Shown: positions 19,455 to 30,643, counted from the first letter of the whole stretch. The stretch: 59,257 bases of DNA, filler included, from 10 parts of 10 records of this genome joined end to end with filler, not necessarily neighbours in it, one strand, 5' to 3'. Numbers and translations are program-made. Notes: generated by a model not told the origin, from the sequence alone.

Positions 19455-19960
19455 AGCAGCCCAAAACACTCGGTAACGGTTTTATTACGACGAGTCTTGA
19501 CAAGCTGGTCAACTGGTCGCGTGCCAGTTCGATGTGGCCGATGACTTTTGGTTTGGCCTGTTGTGCTATTGAAATGATGGCAACGGGTGCCGCCCGTTTC
19601 GACCTTGACCGGATGGGTATCCTTTTCCGTGCATCACCGCGTCAGGCCGACGTCATCATCATTGCCGGGACGGTCACCAAGAAGATGCTGCCGGTTATCA
19701 AGACAGTTTACGAGCAGATGCCAGAGCCTAAGTACGTTATTGCGATGGGCGCCTGTGCTTCTTCTGGTGGTGTTTTTGATACCTACAGTACTGTTCAGGG
19801 TATTGATGAGGCGCTTCCGGTTGATGTTTATATTCCGGGGTGTCCTCCACGTCCGGAAGGTCTGCTTTATGGATTGATGAAGCTTCAGGACAAGATCATG
19901 GCCGAGAGAAACACCTTTGGTGCTGCAATCGGTGTCGGTGATGTTGTCAACGAAGCCTAA
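19445..19960 (+). CDS. nuoB: NADH-quinone oxidoreductase subunit B
   Basis: [17 protein letters not shown] and PGCPPRPE. Confidence 0.96.
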   Translation: MGVEQPKTLGNGFITTSLDKLVNWSRASSMWPMTFGLACCAIEMMATGAARFDLDRMGILFRASPRQADVIIIAGTVTKKMLPVIKTVYEQMPEPKYVIAMGACASSGGVFDTYSTVQGIDEALPVDVYIPGCPPRPEGLLYGLMKLQDKIMAERNTFGAAIGVGDVVNEA

Positions 19961-19988
19961 TTCCATTAGCTGAAACAGGGATAAAACG

Positions 19989-20471
19989 ATGAGTGATCAA
20001 GCGATTGTTGAAAAAATAAAGGGACGTTTCGCCAACGAGGTTCTCGATGTTGTCGAGTTTCGCGGTGAGACGACTGTCACGGTAAAGAAAGAGCAGATTG
20101 TCGATATCTGCAAATTCATGCGTGATGATCTCGGTTACAACCTGCTTTGTGACCTGTGTTCTGTTGATTATATGGGCCAGGCCCCGCGTTTTATGGTGGT
20201 CTACAACATGTACAACATCACGACAAAGCAGCGTTTCAGGATCAAGGCTGCAGTTGAAGAAGAAGATGCCACGATCGATACCGTCTCGAGTGTCTGGGGA
20301 ACTGCTAACTGGCTCGAGCGCGAAGTCTGGGATCTGATGGGGATCGAATTTAATAACCATCCGGATCTGCGTCGTATTCTGATGCCGGTCGACTGGGAAG
20401 GTCATCCGCTGCTCAAGGATTATCCTGTGCAGGGACCTGATCGTGAGCCGTATCAGGGCCGTCTTTCATAA
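19989..20471 (+). CDS. nuoC: NADH-quinone oxidoreductase subunit C
   Basis: WLEREVWDLMGI, HPDLRRIL and GHPLLKDYP. Confidence 0.95.
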   Translation: MSDQAIVEKIKGRFANEVLDVVEFRGETTVTVKKEQIVDICKFMRDDLGYNLLCDLCSVDYMGQAPRFMVVYNMYNITTKQRFRIKAAVEEEDATIDTVSSVWGTANWLEREVWDLMGIEFNNHPDLRRILMPVDWEGHPLLKDYPVQGPDREPYQGRLS

Positions 20472-20515
20472 AAATTATATCGCTTTAGATATTCCTTAAT
20501 CGGACGAGGCAAAAA

Positions 20516-21700
20516 ATGGCAGTAAAAACCAACGAAACAATGACCATCAACATGGGGCCCCAGCACCCGTCGACACACGGCGTGTTGCAGTTGATCCTTG
20601 AGCTCGATGGTGAAATTGTCGAAAAGGCAACGCCGCACATCGGTTTTCTTCACCGCGGTATTGAGAAGCTTTCGGAGCATAGAACCTACCATCAGGTCAT
20701 TCCGTTGACCGACCGGATGGATTACCTCGCACCTATGAGTAATAACCTGGGTTATGTTCTTGCTGTTGAGAAGTTGCTCGGGATTACCGACGACATTCCG
20801 GAACGTGCGAAGCAGGTTCGCGTCATTATGGCCGAATTGACACGGCTCAAGAGTCACCTGGTCTGGTTGGCTTGTCACGCTTTGGATATCGGAGCCATGA
20901 CAGTCTTCCTGTACTGCTTCCGTGAGCGTGAGAACATCACCGATATTTACGAGCAGGTTTCGGGTGCGCGGATGACGTCAAACTACTTCCGTGTTGGTGG
21001 CCTTTCGGAAGATCTGCCGGACGGCCTTGAGCAGATGATTCGCGAATTCACTGAAACCATGCCGGCTCATATTGAAGAGTACGAAGGTCTCCTGACCGGA
21101 AATAAAATCTGGCAGAAGCGGACCATCGATGTCGGTGTGATCAGCGCTGAGAATGCTATTGATATTGGCTTGACGGGCCCGTCTCTGCGTGCGTCCGGGG
21201 TTGATTGGGATCTGCGTCGTGATAATCCGTACTCTGGTTATGAAGACTACGATTTTGAAGTTCCTGTGCGTGATGATTGCGATACTTTCGCTCGTTACAA
21301 AGTTCGCCTGGATGAAATGCGTCAGTCCAGCCGAATCATTCTTCAGGCACTGGATAAGCTGAAGCCGGGTCCAGTTCTGGCAGACTGCCCGAAAGTTGTT
21401 CTGCCGCCGAAGCAGGATGTCGTCAACTCGATTGAAGGTCTGATTCACCACTTCAAGATTATTACCGAAGGGTTCAAGCCTGAGCCGGGCGAGGTTTTCC
21501 AGAGTGTCGAAGCTCCGAAGGGTGAGCTTGGCTACTACCTGGTTTCGGATGGATCAGCTCATCCCTACCGGATGCGTGTCCGTCCACCGTCTTTCATCAA
21601 CCTTCAGGCGTTGCCACAGATGGTTGAGGGCAGGCTGCTGGCTGATGTTATTGCCGTTATCGGAACGCTCGATATCGTTCTTGGTGAAATCGACCGTTAA
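20516..21700 (+). CDS. nuoD: NADH-quinone oxidoreductase subunit D
   Basis: GPQHPSTHGVL, HRGIEK, DRMDY and the GEIDR C-terminus. Confidence 0.96.
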   Translation: MAVKTNETMTINMGPQHPSTHGVLQLILELDGEIVEKATPHIGFLHRGIEKLSEHRTYHQVIPLTDRMDYLAPMSNNLGYVLAVEKLLGITDDIPERAKQVRVIMAELTRLKSHLVWLACHALDIGAMTVFLYCFRERENITDIYEQVSGARMTSNYFRVGGLSEDLPDGLEQMIREFTETMPAHIEEYEGLLTGNKIWQKRTIDVGVISAENAIDIGLTGPSLRASGVDWDLRRDNPYSGYEDYDFEVPVRDDCDTFARYKVRLDEMRQSSRIILQALDKLKPGPVLADCPKVVLPPKQDVVNSIEGLIHHFKIITEGFKPEPGEVFQSVEAPKGELGYYLVSDGSAHPYRMRVRPPSFINLQALPQMVEGRLLADVIAVIGTLDIVLGEIDR

Positions 21701-21723
21701 CATTTGAGGTGTAAGAGGACGTT

Positions 21724-22230
21724 ATGACGGATAACACCGAACAAGTAGAAGAGCAGGTCGAAGAGGAAATCGATCTGGGGCCGGCAAATGCGGTCATCGA
21801 CAAGTACCTCACGATGTCGGGGAACCTGATGCCTGTACTGCAGGGTATTCAGGAGGAATATGGCTATATTCCTGAAGTAACCGTAGATTTGGTGGCAGAG
21901 CGTCTCAACGTGTATTCCAGCCAGATTTACGGTGTCCTGACATTTTATGCTCAGTTCCACCTTAAACCACGCGGTAAGTACATCGTTCGTATCTGTATGG
22001 GTACTGCTTGTCACGTTAAAGGTGCTGGAAGAATCGGTGATACTCTTATTGACCGTTTGGGAATTGATCACGCTGAAACAACAGAAGATCTGAAGTTTAC
22101 AGCTGAGCACGTTGCCTGTATCGGTGCTTGTGGTATGGCTCCGGTTATTATGGTGAACGACGCGACCTATGGAAGCATGACTGTCCAGAAGATGGATGAA
22201 GTCATCGAAAAATATCAGGCAATGGACTGA
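21724..22230 (+). CDS. nuoE: NADH-quinone oxidoreductase subunit E
   Basis: TFYAQF and the [2Fe-2S] motif CMGTAC...CIGAC. Confidence 0.94.
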   Translation: MTDNTEQVEEQVEEEIDLGPANAVIDKYLTMSGNLMPVLQGIQEEYGYIPEVTVDLVAERLNVYSSQIYGVLTFYAQFHLKPRGKYIVRICMGTACHVKGAGRIGDTLIDRLGIDHAETTEDLKFTAEHVACIGACGMAPVIMVNDATYGSMTVQKMDEVIEKYQAMD

Positions 22231-22267
22231 TTCTGTTATTAACGAGCTCGGTACCGAGGATTGATTT

Positions 22268-24049
22268 ATGTCCGAAACTGCTGAAAAATTAAAAATTCTG
22301 ATCTGTACTGGAACCGGTGGTTTGGCATCGGGAGCAGCAGACGTTGTCTCTGCTTTTGAAGCTGAATTTGACAAGCACAATGTGCCTGGAAAAATTGGCA
22401 ACGCATGTGATGTCAACGGAACCGGTTGTCGTGGCCTCTGTGCCAACGACGTTCTGGTTGATGTCTGTATGCCGGGTGAAGAGGCTGTGACCTACGATTT
22501 TGTCACGGCTGACATGGTTCCACAGATCGTTGAAGAGCACATCCTGGGCGGTGAGCCGGTCGCTAAAAAGGTGGCTGGGAAGTACTACCATGAATTCCTA
22601 GATAAACAGGAACGGGTAGTTTTCTCCCGCTGCGGGACGATTGACGCTGAAAGTCTTCAGGAATTCCTCGATCATAAGGGTTTTGTAGGGATTAAGAAGG
22701 CTGTCACGATGTCTCAGGAAGAGGTCATCGAGGAAGTCAAGAAGTCCGGTCTGCGTGGTCGTGGGGGCGGTGGTTTCCCGACTGGGATGAAATGGGGCTT
22801 TGCTAAGGGCTCCCCAGGGGATCACAAGTACCTGATCTGCAACGCGGATGAGGGCGATCCAGGTGCCTTTATGGACCGCTCGATCCTTGAGGGTGACCCC
22901 TATGGTCTGATCGAGGGCATGATGATCGCAGCCTATGCGATCGGCTGTAAGTTCGCTTATGTGTATGTTCGGGCTGAGTACCCGCTGGCGATCAAACGTC
23001 TGCAGATGGCGATTGATACCTGCTATGAAAAAGGGTACCTCGGTGAAAACTGTCTCGGTCTCGGTTTCAAGCTGGACATGAGAATCAAGGCCGGTGCCGG
23101 CGCGTTTGTCTGTGGTGAGGAGACGGCCCTGATGGCTTCGATCGAAGGTCATCGCGGAATGTCCCGTCCTCGTCCTCCGTTCCCGGCGGTTCGTGGTCTC
23201 TGGGGCAAGCCGACCAACATCAACAACGTTGAAACGTACGCTAACGTTTCCTACATTTTCTACAACGGCGCCGACTGGTACTCTTCCATCGGTACTGAAG
23301 GGACCAAGGGGACCAAGATCTTCGCTTTGACCGGTAAGGTCAAGCACACCGGTCTGGTTGAGGTTCCGGCCGGTATCACCATGCGCGAAGTTATTTACGA
23401 TGTGTGTGGCGGTATTCTGAATAACCGTAAGTTTAAGGCGGTTCAGGCGGGTGGTCCTTCCGGTGGTTGTCTGCCATCTGAAGCGATTGACGCTGAAGTC
23501 GACTACGATTCCTTGATCAAGGCTGGTGCGATGATGGGGTCGGGTGGTCTGGTTGTCATGGACGAAACCACCTGTATGGTTGACATCGCCCGCTTCTTCC
23601 TCAACTTTACCCGGGTCGAGTCGTGCGGTAAGTGTATCCCCTGCCGGATCGGTCTGAAAATCATGCTTGAAATCCTTGAGCGCATCACTTCCGGCCAAGG
23701 TCAGGAAGGCGATATCGAACTGCTCGAGGATATGGCATACGATATTAAAAAGAGTTCTCTCTGTGGTCTCGGTCAGACAGCTCCGAATCCGGTTCTGTCA
23801 ACTATTCGTTACTTCCGTGATGAGTACGAGACCCACATCAAGGAGAAGGAATGTCCTTCTCACTCATGTAAAGAACTGCTTCATTTCCGTGTCATTGAAG
23901 ACAAGTGTAAGAAATGTGGACTGTGCCCACGGGTCTGTCCGGTTGATGCGATCGAATGGGAAAAAGGCAAGGTTGCGTGGATTGACCTTGATAAGTGTAC
24001 AAAATGTACATCCTGTTACGATGCCTGCCGCTTCATGGCTATTGAGTAA
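22268..24049 (+). CDS. nuoF: NADH-quinone oxidoreductase subunit F, long HydB-like form
   Basis: GLRGRGGGGFPTG, NADEGDPG, CGEET and ESCGKCIPCR, plus an extra N-terminal Cys domain and a C-terminal 2x[4Fe-4S] domain. Confidence 0.95.
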   Translation: MSETAEKLKILICTGTGGLASGAADVVSAFEAEFDKHNVPGKIGNACDVNGTGCRGLCANDVLVDVCMPGEEAVTYDFVTADMVPQIVEEHILGGEPVAKKVAGKYYHEFLDKQERVVFSRCGTIDAESLQEFLDHKGFVGIKKAVTMSQEEVIEEVKKSGLRGRGGGGFPTGMKWGFAKGSPGDHKYLICNADEGDPGAFMDRSILEGDPYGLIEGMMIAAYAIGCKFAYVYVRAEYPLAIKRLQMAIDTCYEKGYLGENCLGLGFKLDMRIKAGAGAFVCGEETALMASIEGHRGMSRPRPPFPAVRGLWGKPTNINNVETYANVSYIFYNGADWYSSIGTEGTKGTKIFALTGKVKHTGLVEVPAGITMREVIYDVCGGILNNRKFKAVQAGGPSGGCLPSEAIDAEVDYDSLIKAGAMMGSGGLVVMDETTCMVDIARFFLNFTRVESCGKCIPCRIGLKIMLEILERITSGQGQEGDIELLEDMAYDIKKSSLCGLGQTAPNPVLSTIRYFRDEYETHIKEKECPSHSCKELLHFRVIEDKCKKCGLCPRVCPVDAIEWEKGKVAWIDLDKCTKCTSCYDACRFMAIE

Positions 24050-24082
24050 TCGCAAACACTGCTTGAGTTATACGAGGTCAAG

Positions 24083-24714
24083 ATGGTTAATCTAACGATT
24101 GACGGAAAACAGATCACTACCAGTAAGACGTCCACGATTTACGAGGCCGCAAAAGAGAACGGTATCTATATCCCGGTTCTCTGCTACGCCAAGAAATTGT
24201 TGCCTTACGGCGCCTGCCGCGTCTGTCTGGTTGAAGTTGAGCAGATGAAGGGTCGTCTGATCCCCTCCTGCACGACACCGGTGACCGAAGGTATGGTCGT
24301 CACGACGATGTCGGATGAGATCCACAAGGTTCGTAAGACGGTTCTTGAGTTCCTCCTGGTCAACCACGTCGTTGATTGTCCTGTCTGTGACAAGGGCGGT
24401 GAATGTGATCTTCAGGATCTGTCCTACGAATATGAAGTCGTCACCAACCGTTTTGAAGGCGAAAAGTTCGATCTGCCGACGGACGAGGTCAACCCACTCA
24501 TCGAGCGCAACATGAATCGCTGTGTCCTCTGCGGTAAGTGTGTTCGGGTGTGTGACGAAGTTGTCGGATACGGCTCCTACTCATTCATCAATCGTGGATT
24601 CGAGACCAAGATTGCGACAGCGTTTGACCGCGGTCTGAACTGTGAATTCTGCGGCCAGTGTGTGTCCATGTGTCCGGTCGGTGCGATTCTGCCGAGACCG
24701 TTCAAGTTCAAAAG
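24083..24714 (+). CDS. nuoG: NADH-quinone oxidoreductase subunit G, 3'-truncated
   Basis: LC...GACRVC, HVVDCPVCDKGGEC, CVLCGKCVRVC and CEFCGQCVSMCP. Confidence 0.93.
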
Positions 24715-24814
24715 NNNNNNNNNNNNNNNNNNNNNNNNNNNNNNNNNNNNNNNNNNNNTTAATTAATTAANNNNNNNNNNNNNNNNNNNNNNNNNNNNNN
24801 NNNNNNNNNNNNNN

Positions 24815-25540
24815 AAAAGCACCGGTCAAAGAGCCCATGCCGCCCACGACGATCACCACAAAGACGATGGGGCCCAAGGTCGCGGCCATGGCCGGTTCCG
24901 TGATCAGGAAGATGCCGCCGATCACCCCGGCAAGTCCGGCCAGTGCCGATCCTCCTCCAAACACCATCATAAAGACCGCCGGCACGTTGTGCCCCAGTGC
25001 ACCGACGCCGTCAGGATGGGTCAGGGCAGCCTGGATGATCAATCCGATGCGCGTGCGGGTCAATACCACATATAGCCCGACAAACATGCCTACGGAGATG
25101 AGCAGCATGAACATGCGGTAAGCTGAGAATTCGGTACTGAAAAGAGTGAAGAGGGGGAAATCAAGCGCTGCCGGAATGGGATAAGTCATGGCATTGCGCC
25201 CCCAGATCAAGTTAACGCTCTCTTCAATAATGAAGGCCAGCCCCACCGTAAACAGAAGCTCCGCCACATGACCATATTTATGCACGGTTCTAAGGCCGTA
25301 CCGCTCTACTACCGCCCCTATCACACCCACTAAGAGCGGGGCGATAACCAGCGCCGGCCAGAAGCCGACGACGGTTGTGATTTGGTAGCCGAAGTAGGCA
25401 CCGAGCATGTAGAAGCTGGCATGTGCGAAATTAAGTACGCCCATCATGCTGAATATCAGTGTGAGACCACTGGAAAGCATGAACAGAAGCATACCCAGTA
25501 CCAGGCTGTTCAATAGCGAAAAGAGTAAATATTCCAGCAT
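24815..25540 (-). CDS. Branched-chain amino acid ABC permease (LivH-like), 3'-truncated
   Basis: GLTLIFSMMGVLNFAH and VVGGMGSLTGA. Confidence 0.9.
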
Positions 25541-25667
25541 ATTGTTTACTTTCTTGGAAGAACATAGTGAAAAGGAAGCGATGGGCCGCGGGGTGGCACC
25601 ATGGCACACCTACTGTCATTGCAACAGGTGCCGGCCACAAGAACCGCACCTGAAATATATACAATCC

Positions 25668-25697
25668 GGCCTTGCCGACTGAAGCGCCGGCAAGGCC
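25668..25697. other. Intercistronic stem-loop after the binding-protein gene
   Basis: ggccttgccg-N10-cggcaaggcc. Confidence 0.55.
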
Positions 25698-25728
25698 TTG
25701 GGTGTTTATTTGTTCAAAAAGCTAACAA

Positions 25729-27003
25729 CTATTTTTTAGGACGCTTCATCTCGCAGGGGCTCGGCATGGCGGTATTAGCCGCTTCGATCCGCTTAAGCGT
25801 TTTGAAGCCGACACCCGAGTTTTCAGCGTCGTATTTGACCGTTCCCTCTCCCTGCTTTGCAAAGACATGGAGGTAAAGCGGCTGAATCAGCTGATGATCC
25901 TGGGCTCTCATCGTGACCTTGCCGTATTGCGTTTCATACTCCATGCCCTCCAGAGCGTAGGCGATGTCTACCGGTTTGGCGCTGCCGGCCTTGTCGATGG
26001 CGGCAGCCAGCATTCTCATGGTGGTGCGGATGCGGCCGTAGTAGTAGGGCACCTTGCCGCCATCTGAATACTTTTCCTGGTATCCGAGGAAAAACGCCTC
26101 GTCTTCCTTGTTATTCTCTTCCACCGAGAGGTTGAGGTGCCACTCGATAACGGAGACCACCTTGCCGATGCCCGCCTCGCCGATGGCGGCGGCGGCTCCC
26201 AGGCCACTGCCGTAAAAGGTGAAGAACTGGGAATCGAGTCCGGCGTCTTTTGCCGCCTTAACGAGCAGGGACATGTCCGCCCCCCAGTTGCCGGTGATGA
26301 TCGCCTGGGCACCCGAAGCCTGGATCTTGGCAACATAGGGTGAAAAGTCTTTGACCTTTCCAAGCGGGGTGAAGGTGTCACCCACAATCTCGATATCCGG
26401 TCGTTTCTCACCGAGCATCTTCTTGGCTGCAGCGCTTACCGCATGGCCGAAGACGTAATCCTGGTTGATCAGGTAGACCTTTTTAATTGCCGGCGTCACT
26501 TTGATGTAATCGGTGATGGCGGCAATCTTCATGTCCACATGGGCATCGAAACGGAAATGCCAGAAGCTGCACTTCTCTTCGGTGAACGCGGGGGTCACGG
26601 CCGCGTAGTTGAGAAAAAGGACACGCTTGTCGGGATTGCGTTTATTGTGCTTGTTGACCGCTTCGATCAACGCACCGGCCACACTCGAACCGTTGCCCTG
26701 GGTGATAATCTGGATGCCCTGGTCGATGGCTCTCTTGAGCTGAATGAGGGCCTCTTTTGCACTGACTTTGTTGTCGAAAGGTACAATCTCGAGTTTTTTG
26801 CCGCCCAGAACGCCGCCCTTGGCGTTGATCAGTTCGGCATTGTATTGAAAATGCTTGTAACCGGCGTCTCCAACACCCGCGAAGGCCCCCGACAAAGGAT
26901 CAATATAGGCGATTTTGATGGTATCGGCAGCCATCACCGGCGCAGCAAGCATGGTTACCAGTGCGATGCTTATCAACATGGAAAACAACACTCTTCTCTT
27001 CAT
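25729..27003 (-). CDS. Branched-chain amino acid-type ABC substrate-binding protein
   Basis: Signal peptide, IKIAYIDPLSG, INAKGGVLG, CSFWHFRF and DHQLIQP. Confidence 0.9.
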   Translation of the reverse strand: MKRRVLFSMLISIALVTMLAAPVMAADTIKIAYIDPLSGAFAGVGDAGYKHFQYNAELINAKGGVLGGKKLEIVPFDNKVSAKEALIQLKRAIDQGIQIITQGNGSSVAGALIEAVNKHNKRNPDKRVLFLNYAAVTPAFTEEKCSFWHFRFDAHVDMKIAAITDYIKVTPAIKKVYLINQDYVFGHAVSAAAKKMLGEKRPDIEIVGDTFTPLGKVKDFSPYVAKIQASGAQAIITGNWGADMSLLVKAAKDAGLDSQFFTFYGSGLGAAAAIGEAGIGKVVSVIEWHLNLSVEENNKEDEAFFLGYQEKYSDGGKVPYYYGRIRTTMRMLAAAIDKAGSAKPVDIAYALEGMEYETQYGKVTMRAQDHQLIQPLYLHVFAKQGEGTVKYDAENSGVGFKTLKRIEAANTAMPSPCEMKRPKK

Positions 27004-27467
27004 GAATCCCCTCCTCTTTTTTACTGGCAAGCATTAGTAAGATGAATCTCAAAAGAAATGGCGGTTGATTCCGGCAACCCAATCAACTTGACGCCAGAGG
27101 CGGTCAGCCGGAATCGGATCGGTCAGCCGATGTTTGTGGTCGATTTACCCCCTTTCATGAAATGGATCTACCACCGGGACTTCAGCACACAGTACGGGAT
27201 GAATGCCCCGATATACTCACTTCATCAATGTTTCGGCTTTTTCGTCGTTGGTTCGATGAGACCAAACAGACCCCTTTTCCTGTCTAAACCACAATCGCCA
27301 GTTATTTACAAGTCTATTTTATGATTAGCATTCATTTTTAGAATACAATAACATATTGATATTTATTGTATTTAATTTCCATTCGCAACATTCCCCGAAG
27401 GGTATCAGGGGGACTTTGCTATGATCATGTTAGAAAAATCAATATATAATATAGGGATTTTCCCATA

Positions 27468-29264
27468 TCAGTTTGCATGCCATCCACTTGGACCAAGAAC
27501 CCCTTTTGTGGCACCGGCTTTCAGATCGACCAGTCCATCTTCACTGATTCGAAAAAATGGGATTGCCGCGCCTGTCAGGGTGGAAAGAGAAAGCAGTGGA
27601 TCAGGCAGGGTGACGCCAAGTCGTTTTAATGCTCCGGTGAGAGCTGCCAACTTTTCAGATAATTCCGGCATGGTAAGATCCGAGATGATGCCCAAGGCAG
27701 GCAAGGCCAGTTCCTCCACCACCTCTCCCCTGCGGCAAATGACCACGCCGCCTTGCATTTCGCGTACGCGATTGATGCACATCGCCATATCCGTTTCGTC
27801 GGCGCCAACGACAATCAGGTTCGATGTGTCCCAGGCGGCACTGCCGCCGACGGCGCCGCTCACCAGATTGAAGCCGCGGATAAACCCGGTAAATATCCTG
27901 CAGGGTGTCTCGTTGCGGTCGATGGCGGCCACCTTGTTCAGACCGCGGGAAGGGTCACAGGCAATCTGACCCGATTTTACGGGCAGCGAGACCCTCTGTT
28001 CGCGGGTAACCAGGTCGGTGACCATCTCAATGACGGAAACTTCGGCCAGACGGTCCTTGCCATCGACAGACACGGCAAAGTCCTCCGGCTGCAGCGTCTG
28101 TTGAAATTTGATGGTGTTGCGGCTCGATCGGGAAAAAGCGTGTCGTCGGGCAGTTGCAACCATCTCTCCGCCCACAGCCACCACCCGCCCGCTACTGACC
28201 ACCACATCAGCACGGATCTCCTCCAGATTGGGAATGACGACCATATCCGCATACCGTCCGGGCGCCAGGCCACCCACCAAGTGGTCGATATGGAAATGCT
28301 CCGCCACGTTGAGGGTCGTCATTTGAATCGCCTGAACGGGATTGAAGCCATAATCGATGGCTTTCCGGACCAGCCGTTCCATATAGCCATCTTCAATCAG
28401 GGTTTTGGGATCCACACCGTCCGAGGCAATGGTAAGGCGTCGCAGATCCACTCCTTTTTCACGCACCTCGGCGATGGTTTTCAGATCCCGCCTCACATTG
28501 CCCTCCCGCGCCATCACATGGATACCGAGTCTCAGTCGGGCCAACACCTCATCTGCGGTGATCGGTTCGTGGCAGGAGGTGACACCGAGAGCGGCATAGG
28601 CGGCCAGTTTTTCATCCCGGGCACCGGCCGAATGGCCTTCAAGGGTTTTACCGGCTACCAGGGTGGCCTGCATTCCCGGCAAAATGATATCCGGATTCTG
28701 GAAAACGCCCTGCCAGTAAGATTCGCCCATACCCAGAATATCCTCCCGGGCCAGCAGGCGTTTCAGATCCTCCGCGTCGATGCCCAGCAGATGGCTGCTT
28801 ATCGAGACCATGGGCGGTACCGTGGCAAAAAGCTTGATCGGCTGATCGGCCAGGGAGTCGAGAAAATCGACGAACCCATCATACCCGCCCACGGCATATG
28901 GTTCAAAGGCTTCGGTCACCACCGTGGTGGTGCCGCCAGGAACAGCATACTTCAGAAATTCGGCGATACTGAAAAAGAGGGCCAGGTGGGTGTGGCCGTC
29001 GATGAGCCCCGGCATCAAAACCTTGCCGGCGGCATCGATAACCCTGGTGTGTGGGCCGATCATTCCCTTACGGTGGGGGCCCACATAGGCGATCCATTTG
29101 CCGGAGGACACAACCGACTGGTCAGGCAGAATTTCGCCGGTATAGACATTGACAAGGTTCGCATTCACCACTGCCAATTCTCCGGCTTTGTGTCCCAGGG
29201 CTACCTGCATCAACTCATGGGAGTTTCGCGCGCTCAGATCGGAAATAGGTCTGTTGCTGGTCAT
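27468..29264 (-). CDS. Adenine deaminase (AdeC)-like amidohydrolase
   Basis: PGLIDGHTH, GTTTV, EGH, SCHE, REG, SDG and APGRYAD, plus an adenine-deaminase-type C-terminal domain. Confidence 0.85.
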   Translation of the reverse strand: MTSNRPISDLSARNSHELMQVALGHKAGELAVVNANLVNVYTGEILPDQSVVSSGKWIAYVGPHRKGMIGPHTRVIDAAGKVLMPGLIDGHTHLALFFSIAEFLKYAVPGGTTTVVTEAFEPYAVGGYDGFVDFLDSLADQPIKLFATVPPMVSISSHLLGIDAEDLKRLLAREDILGMGESYWQGVFQNPDIILPGMQATLVAGKTLEGHSAGARDEKLAAYAALGVTSCHEPITADEVLARLRLGIHVMAREGNVRRDLKTIAEVREKGVDLRRLTIASDGVDPKTLIEDGYMERLVRKAIDYGFNPVQAIQMTTLNVAEHFHIDHLVGGLAPGRYADMVVIPNLEEIRADVVVSSGRVVAVGGEMVATARRHAFSRSSRNTIKFQQTLQPEDFAVSVDGKDRLAEVSVIEMVTDLVTREQRVSLPVKSGQIACDPSRGLNKVAAIDRNETPCRIFTGFIRGFNLVSGAVGGSAAWDTSNLIVVGADETDMAMCINRVREMQGGVVICRRGEVVEELALPALGIISDLTMPELSEKLAALTGALKRLGVTLPDPLLSLSTLTGAAIPFFRISEDGLVDLKAGATKGVLGPSGWHAN

Positions 29265-29645
29265 AAATTCCTTCTATAAGGTCAACGTCCGGTTCTTCTC
29301 AAGCTTGAGAGAATGGATCACCGACACATTATAGCCGCCAAAATGGCGTACGCTTATACAAATAAAAATGTGTCAATCGCCCGTCATCTTTTCGCCATTC
29401 ATGTGCTGCGAAAAGTTCGGCCATTTTAACAAGAGATCGGCGACAGGTAAACCCAAAACCGTCAAAATACGCATACAATGTTCGGCGAGACCAAACTCAA
29501 CAATGGGTTTCAGATTGACACAATGATGCCGTTCTGACATTATTTTAGACTTCAAATCCGATTGTTCGAAATCAGGCGGGCTCATATCCGGCCCCCTTTA
29601 TCATCATCCCATAACAAGCAGGATTGTAGAGAAAGGTGACACCCA

Positions 29646-30110
29646 ATGCCCAAGGTCGAATTCAAATCAATGGAAGAGTTGCGTAAAAACATAGGACAGG
29701 AGATTGCCGTCGGCGATTGGCAAACCGTTACCCAGGAGCAGATCAACCTGTTCGCCGAAGCCACCGGCGATTATCAGTGGATCCATCTGGATGAGAGACG
29801 GGCAGCCGAAGAATCTCCATACGGCACCACCATCGCCCATGGCTTTCTCACCCTGTCGCTCATTCCCCGTATCATGGGGGATACGATCAAACTACCGCCG
29901 GCTAAGATGACCGTCAATTACGGCCTCAATCGCGTCCGTTTTGCTGCGCCGGTCCCTGCAGGGAAACGGGTGCGGCCTCACCTGACACTGCTGAGCATCG
30001 AAGAGGTCAACGGGGGTTTTCAGCTTAGCTGGAAAGTGTTGATCGAAGTAGAAGGCAACGAAAAACCTGCCTGTATTGCAGAAACGCTCTCTCGGCAGTA
30101 TACGGCCTGA
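29646..30110 (+). CDS. MaoC-family (R)-enoyl-CoA hydratase/dehydratase
   Basis: FAEATGDYQWIHLD, IAHGFLTLSL and NYGLNRVRF. Confidence 0.92.
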   Translation: MPKVEFKSMEELRKNIGQEIAVGDWQTVTQEQINLFAEATGDYQWIHLDERRAAEESPYGTTIAHGFLTLSLIPRIMGDTIKLPPAKMTVNYGLNRVRFAAPVPAGKRVRPHLTLLSIEEVNGGFQLSWKVLIEVEGNEKPACIAETLSRQYTA

Positions 30111-30282
30111 CCTTCCGTATTACTCCTTGCGGACATCACATTCGACATTCGCTTTCGAGCCGGCACACCACCGCGATTGAAGCGGAGAAATTCAAGACAG
30201 GCAGGACGCCTTGTTCGTGCGCTCGAAAGAGAACGTCGCTATCCCTGAAAACCTTCTGAACAGAATATAAATGGAGACAAAA

Positions 30283-30499
30283 ATGAAGGCGTTGTTATGC
30301 GAGGCATTCGGGCCGATAGAGAATCTCGCCGTAGGAGAGGCCGCCATTCCCGAACCCCAAGACGACGAGGTGCTTATCGACGTCAAATGCGCGTCACTCA
30401 ACTATCCCGATGCATTGATGGTACAGGGCCGCTATCAAATCAAGCCGCCACTCCCCTTCAGTCCGGGAATGGACATGTCCGGCATAGTGGCCAAGGTGG
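30283..30499 (+). CDS. NADPH:quinone oxidoreductase (MDR family), 3'-truncated
   Basis: MKALLC...LNYPDAL...GRYQIKPPLPFSPG. Confidence 0.85.
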
Positions 30500-30643
30500 N
30501 NNNNNNNNNNNNNNNNNNNNNNNNNNNNNNNNNNNNNNNNNNNTTAATTAATTAANNNNNNNNNNNNNNNNNNNNNNNNNNNNNNNNNNNNNNNNNNNNG
30601 GGAGCCGACGCAGGCATTGCCATGAAGGCAATGACGAAGTGGG

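Noticed and set aside
27753..29279. Long antisense ORFs (508 aa here; also 22598-23698, 39887-40891 and others)
   Set aside because: These are shadow ORFs opposite well-supported genes in GC-rich DNA, with no motifs of their own.
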